Shown in pieces: positions 27,726 to 38,255 of a DNA stretch of 64,000 nucleotides. The notes below the pieces were generated by a model, which saw only the letters and a program-made list of their open reading frames with translations, ran no database searches and was not told where the DNA came from. Position 1 is the first letter of the stretch; the number at the start of each line of letters is the position of its first letter. The DNA lies in the NCBI RefSeq assembly GCF_002105155.1, contig NW_019029013.1, positions 372,001 to 436,000 of the forward strand, in the 5' to 3' direction. The DNA comes from Lobosporangium transversale (taxonomy: Eukaryota). The translations under genes and the position numbers were made by a program.

Positions 27726-29511
27726 ATGCATGTGCCACGTAACATTGAATTAATCTTGAGATCCTTCACAAGAATGAACCGCCTAAAATCAAGACGATGG
27801 CACTCAGCTTACATTCCTCAAGATCGTCTTATTCGGCTCAGAAGTTGCTTGAATTTTAGATACAAGCAAAGAAATATTATTTTGGAACTGGTCGTGTTGA
27901 CAAACAATAAAAACAACATCAGCAGCAAGGAGAAATGGATACACGAAGTGCTCCAGAGCGATACTATGTACTTTAATTACAGCACCAGACGTTTGAGTGC
28001 TATCAAAGCTCCCTTAGTTGGGACTGTTACAAGTTATGCCCCACATACAAATCGCAGGATAAAGGCTATGCAATATTCAACATCTGCTGCTCAGAAGACA
28101 TCAGGGCCAGAATCAGGAGATGGCTCGTTTTACTCTCTTTCACCTTATCCAGATACAGAGGATTTCGGGTTTGGACGATGTAAGAACCCAACTCAGCTTG
28201 AAAAGAGCATTGAGTCCTACCTCAAGAGCCATCCAGAACCGACAGAGCGCGTCCTAGTTACTATGTTGACTGTATGCAGGGATCTAGCTGAGGTAGCAGT
28301 TCCAGTATTCCCAGCAACAAGATCAAAACAGGATTTGGCGTGCACTGGTCTAAAAGGACATGGAGACCCAGGAGGAAGAACCAAGGGAAAAGAGAAAGTA
28401 CAGAAACAGCAAGGGCCAAGGACACACGATATAAAGGCAACTCTTTTGAAGACAATCCTGGACTCCTCTAGATTCACTTCGGACGATGTATTCAGAGTCG
28501 CACGCGCAATCTATTACAGCTTGGCTATGGGTAAATTCTATCATGCCGCGGGCGCCAGCAATTGGAAAATTAGTGGTGATGGCGATGACAATTGTGATGG
28601 CTCTAATACTGGGTCACAGTTCCCATCGTCATCGTCATCGTCATCGTCATCAGATACCTTGAAGAGTAAGGATCGACCAAGCCCATCAAACCAAATCACT
28701 AATGCTTTCTTGGATGTCTGTGCGGTTACAGGCAACTTTGACGAGGCATATGCAGTCGTCAAGGAGATGATGCAAAGTCCACAAGGGAATATCAAACCTG
28801 ATCTCATGACTTATCGATATGTTCTGAAAGCAGCCACGACGGCAGGCCGTTCCTATTCTAAGGCCAACAATGTGATAGCAGAGAAAGAGATTGAAGTTAA
28901 AGTCAATATCGTAATTGATGAAGCTAGCGAGGCGCTATACCGACAGTCAAGGATGGCATTCTGGATGAAAATAGGCCTTGGAGGTCTCGCTGGTGCCGCT
29001 GTTGGGAAGTTCACGATGCTGGGGATTATGGCTCTACCATCTTCTAGAGCTCTAATTCAGGATACTAATGCCGGTGTAGGTATCAGTACTGTTGATCACG
29101 CAGGATCGGATGTACTAGCTGAAAACAGAATAGATATAGTAGGTTCGCCACAGTCCGTAGATGGAATTCTTGAGCTTTTGGCAAGTCAAGAGGTAGCTAT
29201 GGGGGTAGGCCTTGTAGCTGGTCTATTAACAGCAGGGTATGTCATCCGGTCTAGTACTAGTCAGTCAGTGGCAACAACGGCAGTAACAACAGAAGCAGCA
29301 GCGACGGTCCCGATCTCTACTTCGAAAGCTGTTCTTACGGAGACTGTGCCTTCCAATAAAAGCAAGGCACAGCGTCCTTATCGGCAACACCATCATCCTA
29401 ATGATAGAGAGCCTTCTATTTCCCTTCCTCGTGCAAAATTATTTGGCCTTTACTTTCCAGATCTGGCCACGACTAACAAGAATGAGATTCGAGATTACTT
29501 GAAAAGTCTGC

Positions 29512-29516
<5 letters not shown>
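27726..29516 (+). CDS. PPR-motif-containing protein with C-terminal hydrophobic segments, probably mitochondrial (start codon uncertain: 27726, 27774 or 27966)
   Basis: Uninterrupted ORF with PPR-like 'NAFLDVCAVTGNFDEAYAVVKEMMQS...IKPDLMTYRYVLKAA', Arg-rich N-terminus and two Gly/Ala-rich hydrophobic stretches. Confidence 0.55.
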
Positions 29517-29545
<29 letters not shown>

Positions 29546-29917
29546 AGAAATAGCAACGGCAATATCCCTAAAATTTAATTGATATAATTGATGCCGATGT
29601 TCTTCCAACGGTTATGACATGCAGTTTTTCAGCACAAAAAACTTTAAAAAGATAGAAGATCTTGCTATTTATGCTCCTGTTCATCTGTACATCACGCGAT
29701 GGAGAACCGGAAATAGTGCTTTTTATTTTATTTTATTCTTATTTTCTTTTTTGTGTGACATGAAATTGATGGATATCAATGGGAGAATTTATGCAGGGGC
29801 GAGATTCCCGTTACATCTCTTTTTGTTGTTGTCTTAATCATCTTCATCTTCAGTCCTCTTCTTTCTTTTTCTTTCCCTTCTTTCCTTCCTTCCTTTCTTC
29901 TTTCTTTATTCTTCATC

Positions 29918-30608
29918 ATGACAGTTGAGCTCAACAATGACAAGGTAGGAAAAAAAGAAAAAAAAAAAAAGTATGTTCAGCCTGTATATATCAGTTGCTA
30001 ATTGTTAATGCTCATTCTTTACCTTTTTTTTCCTCTCATCTTTCTCCCTTTATGTCTCCTCCTTTCTCCTTTTGTCCCAGCCATTGCCGTCTCTCGATGG
30101 TCTGCAACACTATTACATCCCCTTGGAAAAAGAGGAATGGAAACTGGATACACTTCAGGATCTGTTTGAAAGTGTCGTGATGACCTATGTAATCCTATAC
30201 TGTAACACAATTGAGAGTGCGAAGCAAGTTCAGGAAAAATTACAAGGCGGCATGAACGTCGATACAGGAATAGTGTACGCTGGAATGGATCAAGATGAAC
30301 GTCAAAATGTTTTGAGCGATTTCCGAAATGGGATGCATCGAGTCCTGGTTGTGGTAGACTTGCCCAGATCCAGTGTGGAGGTTGTAGCACAGATCGGAGT
30401 ATATATTAATTATGATCTGCCAGTTATTCCAGCAGACTATGCACATCGAGTTGGATCGAGCGACAGCCGGTTTGGACGTCGAGGCGCTGTGTTCAACTTT
30501 GTGGTCACAGAGGGAGAACATGCGCAATTGAAAGACATAAGAGAGTTGGAAGTGTATTATTCAGCTGAGATTACAGAAATGCCCATGAACATTACAGAGT
30601 TAGTATAA
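29918..30608 (+). CDS. eIF4A-like helicase C-terminal (RecA2) domain only; exons 29918-29944, 30081-30608
   Basis: MTVELNNDK|PLPSLDGLQHYYIPLEKEEWKLDTLQDLFE...ILYCNT...MDQDERQNVLSDFRNG...INYDLP...YAHRVG...RFGRRG...EMPMNITELV*. It parallels the eIF4A C-domain through to the natural C-terminus. Confidence 0.85.
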
Positions 30609-31181
30609 AAAAAAAAAGGTTTACCAAAGTAATTATAAACAATAATATTCTAAAGCTAGGGGTTTTTGTGGACGGTTTATATCCATTAATGATGGCGAAA
30701 CACCAATCCATATTATGCCATATCACGCGTCTTTTATTCATACACTTCATACGCTGTTGCGGACCCAGCGCCATTACAATCCATTAATACAGAAGATAAT
30801 CATGTTATCACGTGCATCATATCATTCTTACATTGTTGGTGATGGTTCTGTTGTCAATGAACAACAAATTAAATAAGGTAGGAGAATCACATGTCTCATA
30901 ATTTTGACTTAGGGAATCAAAAGAAGGTTCTTCAGCCTTCCTCCATCTCCATTCATTTATTTCAATCATTGTCATGTTGAATCTTCTTTCTTCAACGCCA
31001 GCAACGCAAGAAACTTGTACTTACCGAAAATCTGCTCTTTTTGATTTTTCCTTTTTCAATTACAAGAATTTTATAAAGCAAACCATTTATATTTGAAAAG
31101 ATCTAAGCAAAAAGAGCGAACAGCACAGATCTCTGGCAGAAAACCATAGTAGAAACGTCTCTATGGTCTAACTTTTCGCAC

Positions 31182-32112
31182 ATGGCATCCGACAATGAAA
31201 CTCAGCTTAAAAGCCTTGAAGTCCTTGAATACAAGGAAGAGGTAAATACAGAGTTTTATAAATAAAATCATTCTTTCGTATTGAGCAACCTTGTACCTGT
31301 CTCTCATTCTCATTTACTCTACCTTCTCTTTCTGACGTCTTGATAGACTAGCTGGGAAGACTTGGGTCTCGATCTGGATCTACTACGTGGCATATATAAC
31401 TACGGGCATGTTGGAGAAAAGTCGATGATAAATTATAATTGAGACAATTGACAGCCTTTTGTTTCACTGACTTACTGACAAACTGGCTGATTGACTGAGT
31501 GGCAAAAAATATATTGGTTGATCCTAATATAGGCTGATAATCCCCAGGCACGTTCAACACCGCGCTATCCCAGCCATACTCCATGGCCACGATGTCATCA
31601 TCGATGCCCCTGACATGGCAGGCAAAACTATAGCTCTAATTCTTTCTGCACTTCAAGCTATTGATATTTCCAATCCGGAATGCCAAGTGTTGATTCTTGT
31701 ACCAGTCCCAGACATGGTGCCAAAGATCCATCACAAAATACAGGTGCTAACTCAGTTTATGATGCAACTGATTACGTTTGAATGTATGAGCGCCAGATCG
31801 GCTCTTCCTGTCCATGAGGTGATATCTCGGTTAAGACAAGGTACCCAATTGATCGTGAGCACACCAGGACGTGTATATCCTCATCTTCTTGGGCATAATT
31901 CACTCAGGTCTGATATGATCCGGATAGTTATGCTGGATGAGGTAGAAGAGATTTTATCAAGAGGGTTCGAGACTATAGTAACCGACATCTTGGCCCATCT
32001 TCAGCAAAATGTACAGCTGGTACTAGCTACACCTACGCTCAAAGGCGATCCTGCGATAGAGAGAATATTAGGGCGTTTAAAAGATCTAGTCCATATTACA
32101 CAGATATCTTAA
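31182..32112 (+). CDS. eIF4A-like helicase N-terminal (Q motif + RecA1) domain only; exons 31182-31241, 31347-31405, 31533-32112
   Basis: Spliced product MASDNETQLKSLEVLEYKEE|TSWEDLGLDLDLLRGIYNYG|LIIPRHVQHRAIPAILHGHDVIIDAPDMAGKT...STPGRV...LDEVEEILSRGF...ITQIS*. The second intron requires a GC donor. Confidence 0.8.
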
Positions 32113-32239
32113 TAACGCGGCATGAATGTAATGGGTGCAGGCATTGCCGACCGCAATAGTTCCCGTTGTCTTCTAAAATCATATGCTACCCTTTTATGGG
32201 TCACAAAATGTCTTAAACAGCAGCGGAATATGCTAATCC

Positions 32240-33778
32240 TTAGTAATCTACAAAAGCTGCATCCTCTTGATTCTCCAATATCCCCGGAAGGATTGTCTTG
32301 CCCTTGACCCACTCAAGTCCTTCGCCAGCATAGCTTAGACGAGGTCCAATCTCAAAGCCTATCCTCATCTTTGTTGGCCCATCGGATTTAAATACGTCCC
32401 CGCCTTGTACATGCCCTCCTGCTTCTTCGATCCATCGGATATGTAGACGCTCTAGATCTCTCCTGGCAGTACTAGGTGAATCCAAGCCACTGGAGTTCTT
32501 GATGGGCGAGAATTCTCTAGATCGCTCCACCTCCAGACAGGCGAATCGCTCTGCTACTGGAAATACGTCAAAGATAAATAGCTCTAATTTGATGCCATTG
32601 GGTTTTTTGGGACTGATGAGGTGTCCGGATTCAAGATCAACGTATGGGATCTTTTTAGTTGCTTGATGATAAATAAGGACGCTTTGGTCCCTTGACTTTA
32701 AAATATTTGCTATCTTCTGCAAAAAATCCAATGAGCAGATCTGGTTGCAGATGTTGCCTGCTCTGTATACTAATTCACCCGTGGAGCGATCCTCTAACAC
32801 GGCGAGCTCCGGATCCATTTCTGAATACTCCACGACCTTGATCTTGCCCCCAAGTCGACAAATCACGCCTAAGGGTTCTGCAGCCACGGTCTTTGGCGCC
32901 GCCTTAGCGGTTACATCTGAACCTTCTTTTATTGCATGTCCAATCCCAACAGGATCACCAATTTTGATCAGGATATTGTCGACAGAGTAACAGTGTATGT
33001 ATCGAATGCCTCGCTCTTGTAGCTCTTCTAGGACTTTTTCACTGTGCAACGCCCAATAAAGGCCTCCGTTACCATTGGGAGAGGTTGCGATCAAGTTCTT
33101 ATGGTTCAACAGAAATTTGCCATCCATGCCAAAGCATGGGATTACACCCTGTTCAAAGATGATGATATTTTCGGGCGACAGTCCAAAGTACTCATGCTCC
33201 TTCAAAAATACCTCTGTTTGGTGTCGGGTGGGTCCCGAGGTCATGATGCACCACGGAACCACTACTTCTGGGATTGATTCGACAGCCTGATGTGTCCTTT
33301 TGGCTTTCTCTATCCTTGCAAGCTCCTGTAGTTTCAGAATTCGCTCTGCTTGAATTTGGAAGAGTGTTTTGTGGGATGGTAAACCAATATCGCGGTAGCA
33401 GCCCTTTGGTAGTAAAGTCCCCAGTCGAGTTCCTTGTCCACCAGCTAAGAGGACAACAGCCACATGATTATTGGCAATGGCTTCCATGCCCAGCAATCTC
33501 CACTCTTCTTTTTCCTCGGCAGAGCATGATAAGGTCGATTTGACTTCACTTTGTTCCAAAGGTGTAAGATCTGCAAAGATGGAGGAGGTGTTATTGGAGG
33601 CTGCAGTCGCCTGAGAAAAAATGACGTTGAGTGCTGCAGGATCAAAGGATTCAAGCTGGGCAAGAAAAGCCTCTTGTTCTTGTTCAGTGAGGTTATCCCA
33701 GAAAGTGAAAACGTGGCCCTGGCCCGCTGCTGTGTACTGACGTTGCACAGCCTCAACCCTTGGACGGTCCAGTACCAT
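32240..33778 (-). CDS. UAP1: UDP-N-acetylglucosamine pyrophosphorylase (intronless)
   Basis: 'AAGQGHVFTFW', 'LLAGGQGTRLG..PKG', 'SPNGNGG', 'SVDNIL', 'VEYSE', 'KLELFIFDVF', 'EFSPIKN', 'SYAGEGL'. Likely start MVLDRP at 33778. Confidence 0.93.
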   Translation of the reverse strand: MVLDRPRVEAVQRQYTAAGQGHVFTFWDNLTEQEQEAFLAQLESFDPAALNVIFSQATAASNNTSSIFADLTPLEQSEVKSTLSCSAEEKEEWRLLGMEAIANNHVAVVLLAGGQGTRLGTLLPKGCYRDIGLPSHKTLFQIQAERILKLQELARIEKAKRTHQAVESIPEVVVPWCIMTSGPTRHQTEVFLKEHEYFGLSPENIIIFEQGVIPCFGMDGKFLLNHKNLIATSPNGNGGLYWALHSEKVLEELQERGIRYIHCYSVDNILIKIGDPVGIGHAIKEGSDVTAKAAPKTVAAEPLGVICRLGGKIKVVEYSEMDPELAVLEDRSTGELVYRAGNICNQICSLDFLQKIANILKSRDQSVLIYHQATKKIPYVDLESGHLISPKKPNGIKLELFIFDVFPVAERFACLEVERSREFSPIKNSSGLDSPSTARRDLERLHIRWIEEAGGHVQGGDVFKSDGPTKMRIGFEIGPRLSYAGEGLEWVKGKTILPGILENQEDAAFVDY

Positions 33779-35161
33779 GAGAGAGGGGAGAAAAAAAAAA
33801 ACCAGGAGTGTGGCGATGAATTCGGGATCTACCAAACAGACAGCAAATAACAAACAATGAAGGCTCTGTGAGTAATGTTGAAAGTATGGCTTTTGGGGCG
33901 ATGTCAGTGATGAAAGTAATCTGAATAGTGTAAGTAATTTGCACAAAGTAATTGATGTGAGTAATGCTTGTTCCAAGTCGACCATGACTGTCAAGGTGAA
34001 TGAATGTGCTTTCCTCTAATTTCACTTTGTGAAGTATATTACATTGCGATGCTGTCATTGAGAGGTTTCATTTCCAATTGTGTGTTAAATCAATAACGCT
34101 TTCCTTTCTGGGTGTGCGCGACTACGTTGCATGAACTTTGCCAAATGCTCCTTTTGGCCTTGCTCTCGTAGTCTTGCAGTGATGAATACCAGTTTCTACG
34201 CAAACATGTCTTTGAACGGAGAAAGTACATCTATCTGTCTTCCTTTGGTTGCTGATACAAGGTGGTTTGATGGAGATAAAATGTAGCTGCTCAACACTTT
34301 CTGTTACGATCGCACAGCGTGTCTGTGCCTGCATGAACTAAATTCTGTCAAAATAGCACAAGATCGTGTTTTCCGCCTCGGAAACATTGACGTGAACACA
34401 AATAAGAACAATCTTTGTGTACTTCCATGTTGTCGTTGATGTAGGCAATGGTCCAAAAATATCTCTGCAATGTACAACAACAACAAACCTAGTCAGTTAA
34501 ACCAAAAGGCTTGACATATCTCGGAGAGGAAAGGTCCCTAATTGCCAGGTATCCAGGAAAGAAAGTAGAGAGCAGGAGCAAAACTGCTCTTCTCTCTTTT
34601 TCCTTTCTCTCTCTTTTGTAATTCAGCTCTCGGGCCTTTCTTTTTTACCCATCCGCGCTCTCTTTTTCTCTCTCTCTGTTAAGAGTCGTCAATCCTTCAA
34701 CAACAACATTATTTGAAGTTGTGGATTTTAATTAGTGAAAGGAAAAAAAAAAAAAAAAAAAGACCGGCCACCACTAGTCGACATAGGGCTCTCCACACCA
34801 CAAGGTTGCTCTTGTTCGTGTTCTCGTGCTCGTCAACCAGAACGAAGTTTACAAGAAAAAAAAAAAAGTTGTCTGCTCTCTCTCTTTTTCTTGTCCCATT
34901 ATTCCCATTCGAACGCTATTTTATAAACGACTTTTATTTTTTGTTTTTTTTTGCCATGACCTTTTCCACTCATGATGACCATGAAGAACAGGATGAAGTA
35001 AGAACCAACAGTTAATTTGCGAGAATGTCAATGCAGTGACAGTAGATGGGCGGGGGACAAAAAGAGCGAAACACAAGGAAAGAAAATTGAGGGTACAAAG
35101 GTCGCTTTTGAAGACTGTTCCTTGGGCACAAAATAAGCTGATACAAACCATTCCACATATT

Positions 35162-35193
<32 letters not shown>

Positions 35194-36028
35194 ACTCCAT
35201 ACCTCGTATTCCTTTAAGAACCTTCAACAGGCCATGCTATGATCAATTGATAGACTGACTGACTCAATGAATATTATGCTCATACGAATGTGCATGTGTT
35301 TTTGCCATGACTTAATTGTAGATCCTGAACTCAGTCATGCGATCGCTTGATTTAGCCAACAGAGTAAGTGTGATGTTTTTATTATAATCTTTCAGGGCAT
35401 TTTTCAACTTTGATATCATGCGCACATGAATGAGTTATGTTGTCCTGTCCACCTGGCCACCAGTCTGAAAAAAGGAGACAGGGGTAATGACAGCATCCAA
35501 CAACACAGGGGCAACACACATGGACACAGCACAAACTGAAGTGTAAAGGTTGTTCTACTTTAGTCATGATAATTATGACAATGATGTCGGTGTCATATCG
35601 GGCGCTGGTGTTGGTGCAGAGAGGGACAAGGGAATCCCTCTATTCCTTCACGCATGCACACACTATGCACACATACATAGACAAGCAACTCTCCTTCCTT
35701 CATACCTCTCCTTCCTGTACTTTTTTTTCTTCCCTTTCCCCTTTCTTTGCTTCATTTCGGCAATACAGCCATTCCGAAGCATAAGCAGAATCGTTGGTGC
35801 TTTTTCTATCATCCATTATCGTTTACTAGTTTATCATTTGATTGCGAAAGCTATAATAAGCGTGAAAGGATCGCCCATCTTCAACATTATACGAATCCAA
35901 CTTGCACAACTCCTTATTTAGCCCACCTCCACTTAATACTGCCCAAAAAATATAGCCAACTCTCCTCTTGTAATCAAAGACACCATTAGTCTTCGAAGTG
36001 TCATTCATTATCTTTCTTGGATGCCAAC

Positions 36029-38255
36029 ATGACCCCTCATCATTATTACAACGGCAGTAGCAGTAGCAGTAGCAACAACAGCAACAGCAGTAATAACAAC
36101 AACAGCCTCATCATCAACAAGCCCAGATATGAGAAAGCTGTTTTTTGCAACAACAACTCTGCGGAGTCTCTTCTAGAATATGATCATCAACAGCAACAAC
36201 AGCAACAGGCTGCGTCTATTGCAGAATTACTAAGAGAAAACCTTGCCCTTACTCAGAAAAACGTACTAGCACAGCAAGAAGTTAGCCAGGCCCAAAATAA
36301 TCAAGCCAGGCTCGAGAACCAGGTATATGAACTTGACCAAAAATTAGCAGAGAGTCGCAAGGAGATACAACGACTGCAACGAGCCAAGAAGGATAATGAC
36401 CGTCAACTGGATCAGAACAATGCAGCGTTTGAGAAGGAGCGCGCCATGTGGGCGCAGCGCGAGGCTGAACTGACACGGCGCCTTAAATTCGCAACACGTC
36501 CATTAATAGTTCAAGCACCAGCAAAAGGTATATATTTTAACTTTTTAATTAAAAAAAGCACAATAGCTTTAACCGCTGGCGGAATGCTTTAACGAACTGT
36601 ATTAATAATTTTCCTTTTTTTTTTTTTTTACGCAATGATATCATAGAGGAAGAAAGTAAAGACGGAAAAGAGCCATCTGATCTCCTACCGCCGCAGATTC
36701 AACAACAGATTACAGAAAACACAGCAGCTCAGGCAAGAGCTTTGAGAGCACAGGAAAAAATTGTAGCAGACCTTCGACAGCAAATCTTCGTGCTCAACCA
36801 GGAATTAATCGAACGCCAACATACGTCTAGCCTTCGAGAATCCGAGCTCCAGGCTCAGATTAGCCAAGCTCATGAATTGAATAAGAGCCTAATGGAGGAG
36901 AATGAAAGTTTCCAACTTCTTTTGCATGAAAAGTCTATGAATGGCGAGTTTATGCAGACAAGTATTATGAAGGTATGGAGAAAAGGGTCGGAAAGTGAAA
37001 TGACAAAAGCGCGGGAAAACTTTTTTTTTCCTATTGTTGCCCTGCTATGTGGTTAAAAATGAAATATTCAAGTTAGATGAAAGGAAAAAAGGACGTGTCG
37101 ACTCATTATGTATTTTATTTTAATTTCGTCCACTATCCTTTCTATTATGTGGAGTAGAGCACAGGGTATGATGATGATCATGGGACTTCATTATCTACGA
37201 GCAACAATGGCTCTCTCAACCTTGCAGATGAACTTGTCAAAGCAAATGAACTTGTTAAAGCAGAACGCCCTTACGAATCATTGGTCGCAGAACTCGAAAC
37301 TCTAAAGGATGAAAAGACAGCGCTTGTTTGTTACATTGCCAAGATCTTGACACGCATCATGGAAAAACCTGGATTCACATCGGTCCTTGCAGCGGATTAC
37401 AGCTCAAGTCAAAATACGCAAGCCGAACCATCTGCTACAGCCATTAAGGATAAGGATGAGACTATGAATTCTGATGGAAGCAACCTCAGCCCTGGACCCA
37501 GCAATGAAGCCAACAATGCAGATGGTCCTCAATCGCAAGAGAAGCTTACAAAACAAACTATTCCAAATCGCCCACGATCCCACTCGATCTTGCAATCTTT
37601 TTTTCCCCGATCAAAGCCAGCAGCAGCATCAGGATCTGTCTCCGGAAAGGGCTCCGACCGCAGCAGCTCCGATGACGATAGCTCAAGCGCGAGATCAGCA
37701 AGACTAGCGTCGTTTCAAGAAGGCCATGCAATCGAAGATTCACCTAGGGCTAGCCAGTCCTCTGCTGATTACCCAGTTGAACCTCCACCAGCACCCGAAT
37801 ACGAGCAGCTTACAACATTCCAAAATCCATACACTCGTCAGGAACTTCGCCGTCAGTCGTCTTTACATGTCACTTCGCGTGATCGTCAGCGTAGACAGAC
37901 GATTGGTGCCCCAAATGTATCCAACTCAAAGGGTGTCGGCCATGGGCGGTATGTGAGTGAGTATGGACGACCTGCTGTACCTCCATTACCGCCCATGCCT
38001 GAATCGATCCCAAGTGCCTCCAAGGAGAAGGAACGCGAAACGATAAAAACACCAGTGCTCTCGATTTCGACCTCGGAAACGAGCTCAATCAGTAGTCTCT
38101 CAACAGCTGTTGCTACGCCCGTAACCCCTGTTGTTCCCGAGGGGGGGATTTTTCGTGCTTTTAGGCGGATGAGCTTATTTGGAGCAAGTGCTCCAGGTGG
38201 GAATGTCAGTATAACATCTATTACTACTCAACCGATCGAAGATGTTCAAAAGTAG
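36029..38255 (+). CDS. Coiled-coil protein with disordered C-terminus; exons ~36029-36527, 36647-36972, 37158-38255 (5' end uncertain)
   Basis: Heptad-rich ORFs joined in frame by GT-AG introns; 'LMEENESFQLLL', 'SLNLADEL', 'LKDEKTALVCYIAKILTRIME'. Confidence 0.7.

Noticed and set aside
29514..29544. Poly(A) after intronless genes as evidence of retroposition
   Set aside because: Equivalent tracts follow intron-containing genes and occur throughout the window; no target-site duplications seen.
33779..33994. 72-aa N-terminal extension of the UAP1 ORF
   Set aside because: Non-ATG start and a T-rich UTR-like sequence; homology begins at MVLDRP.
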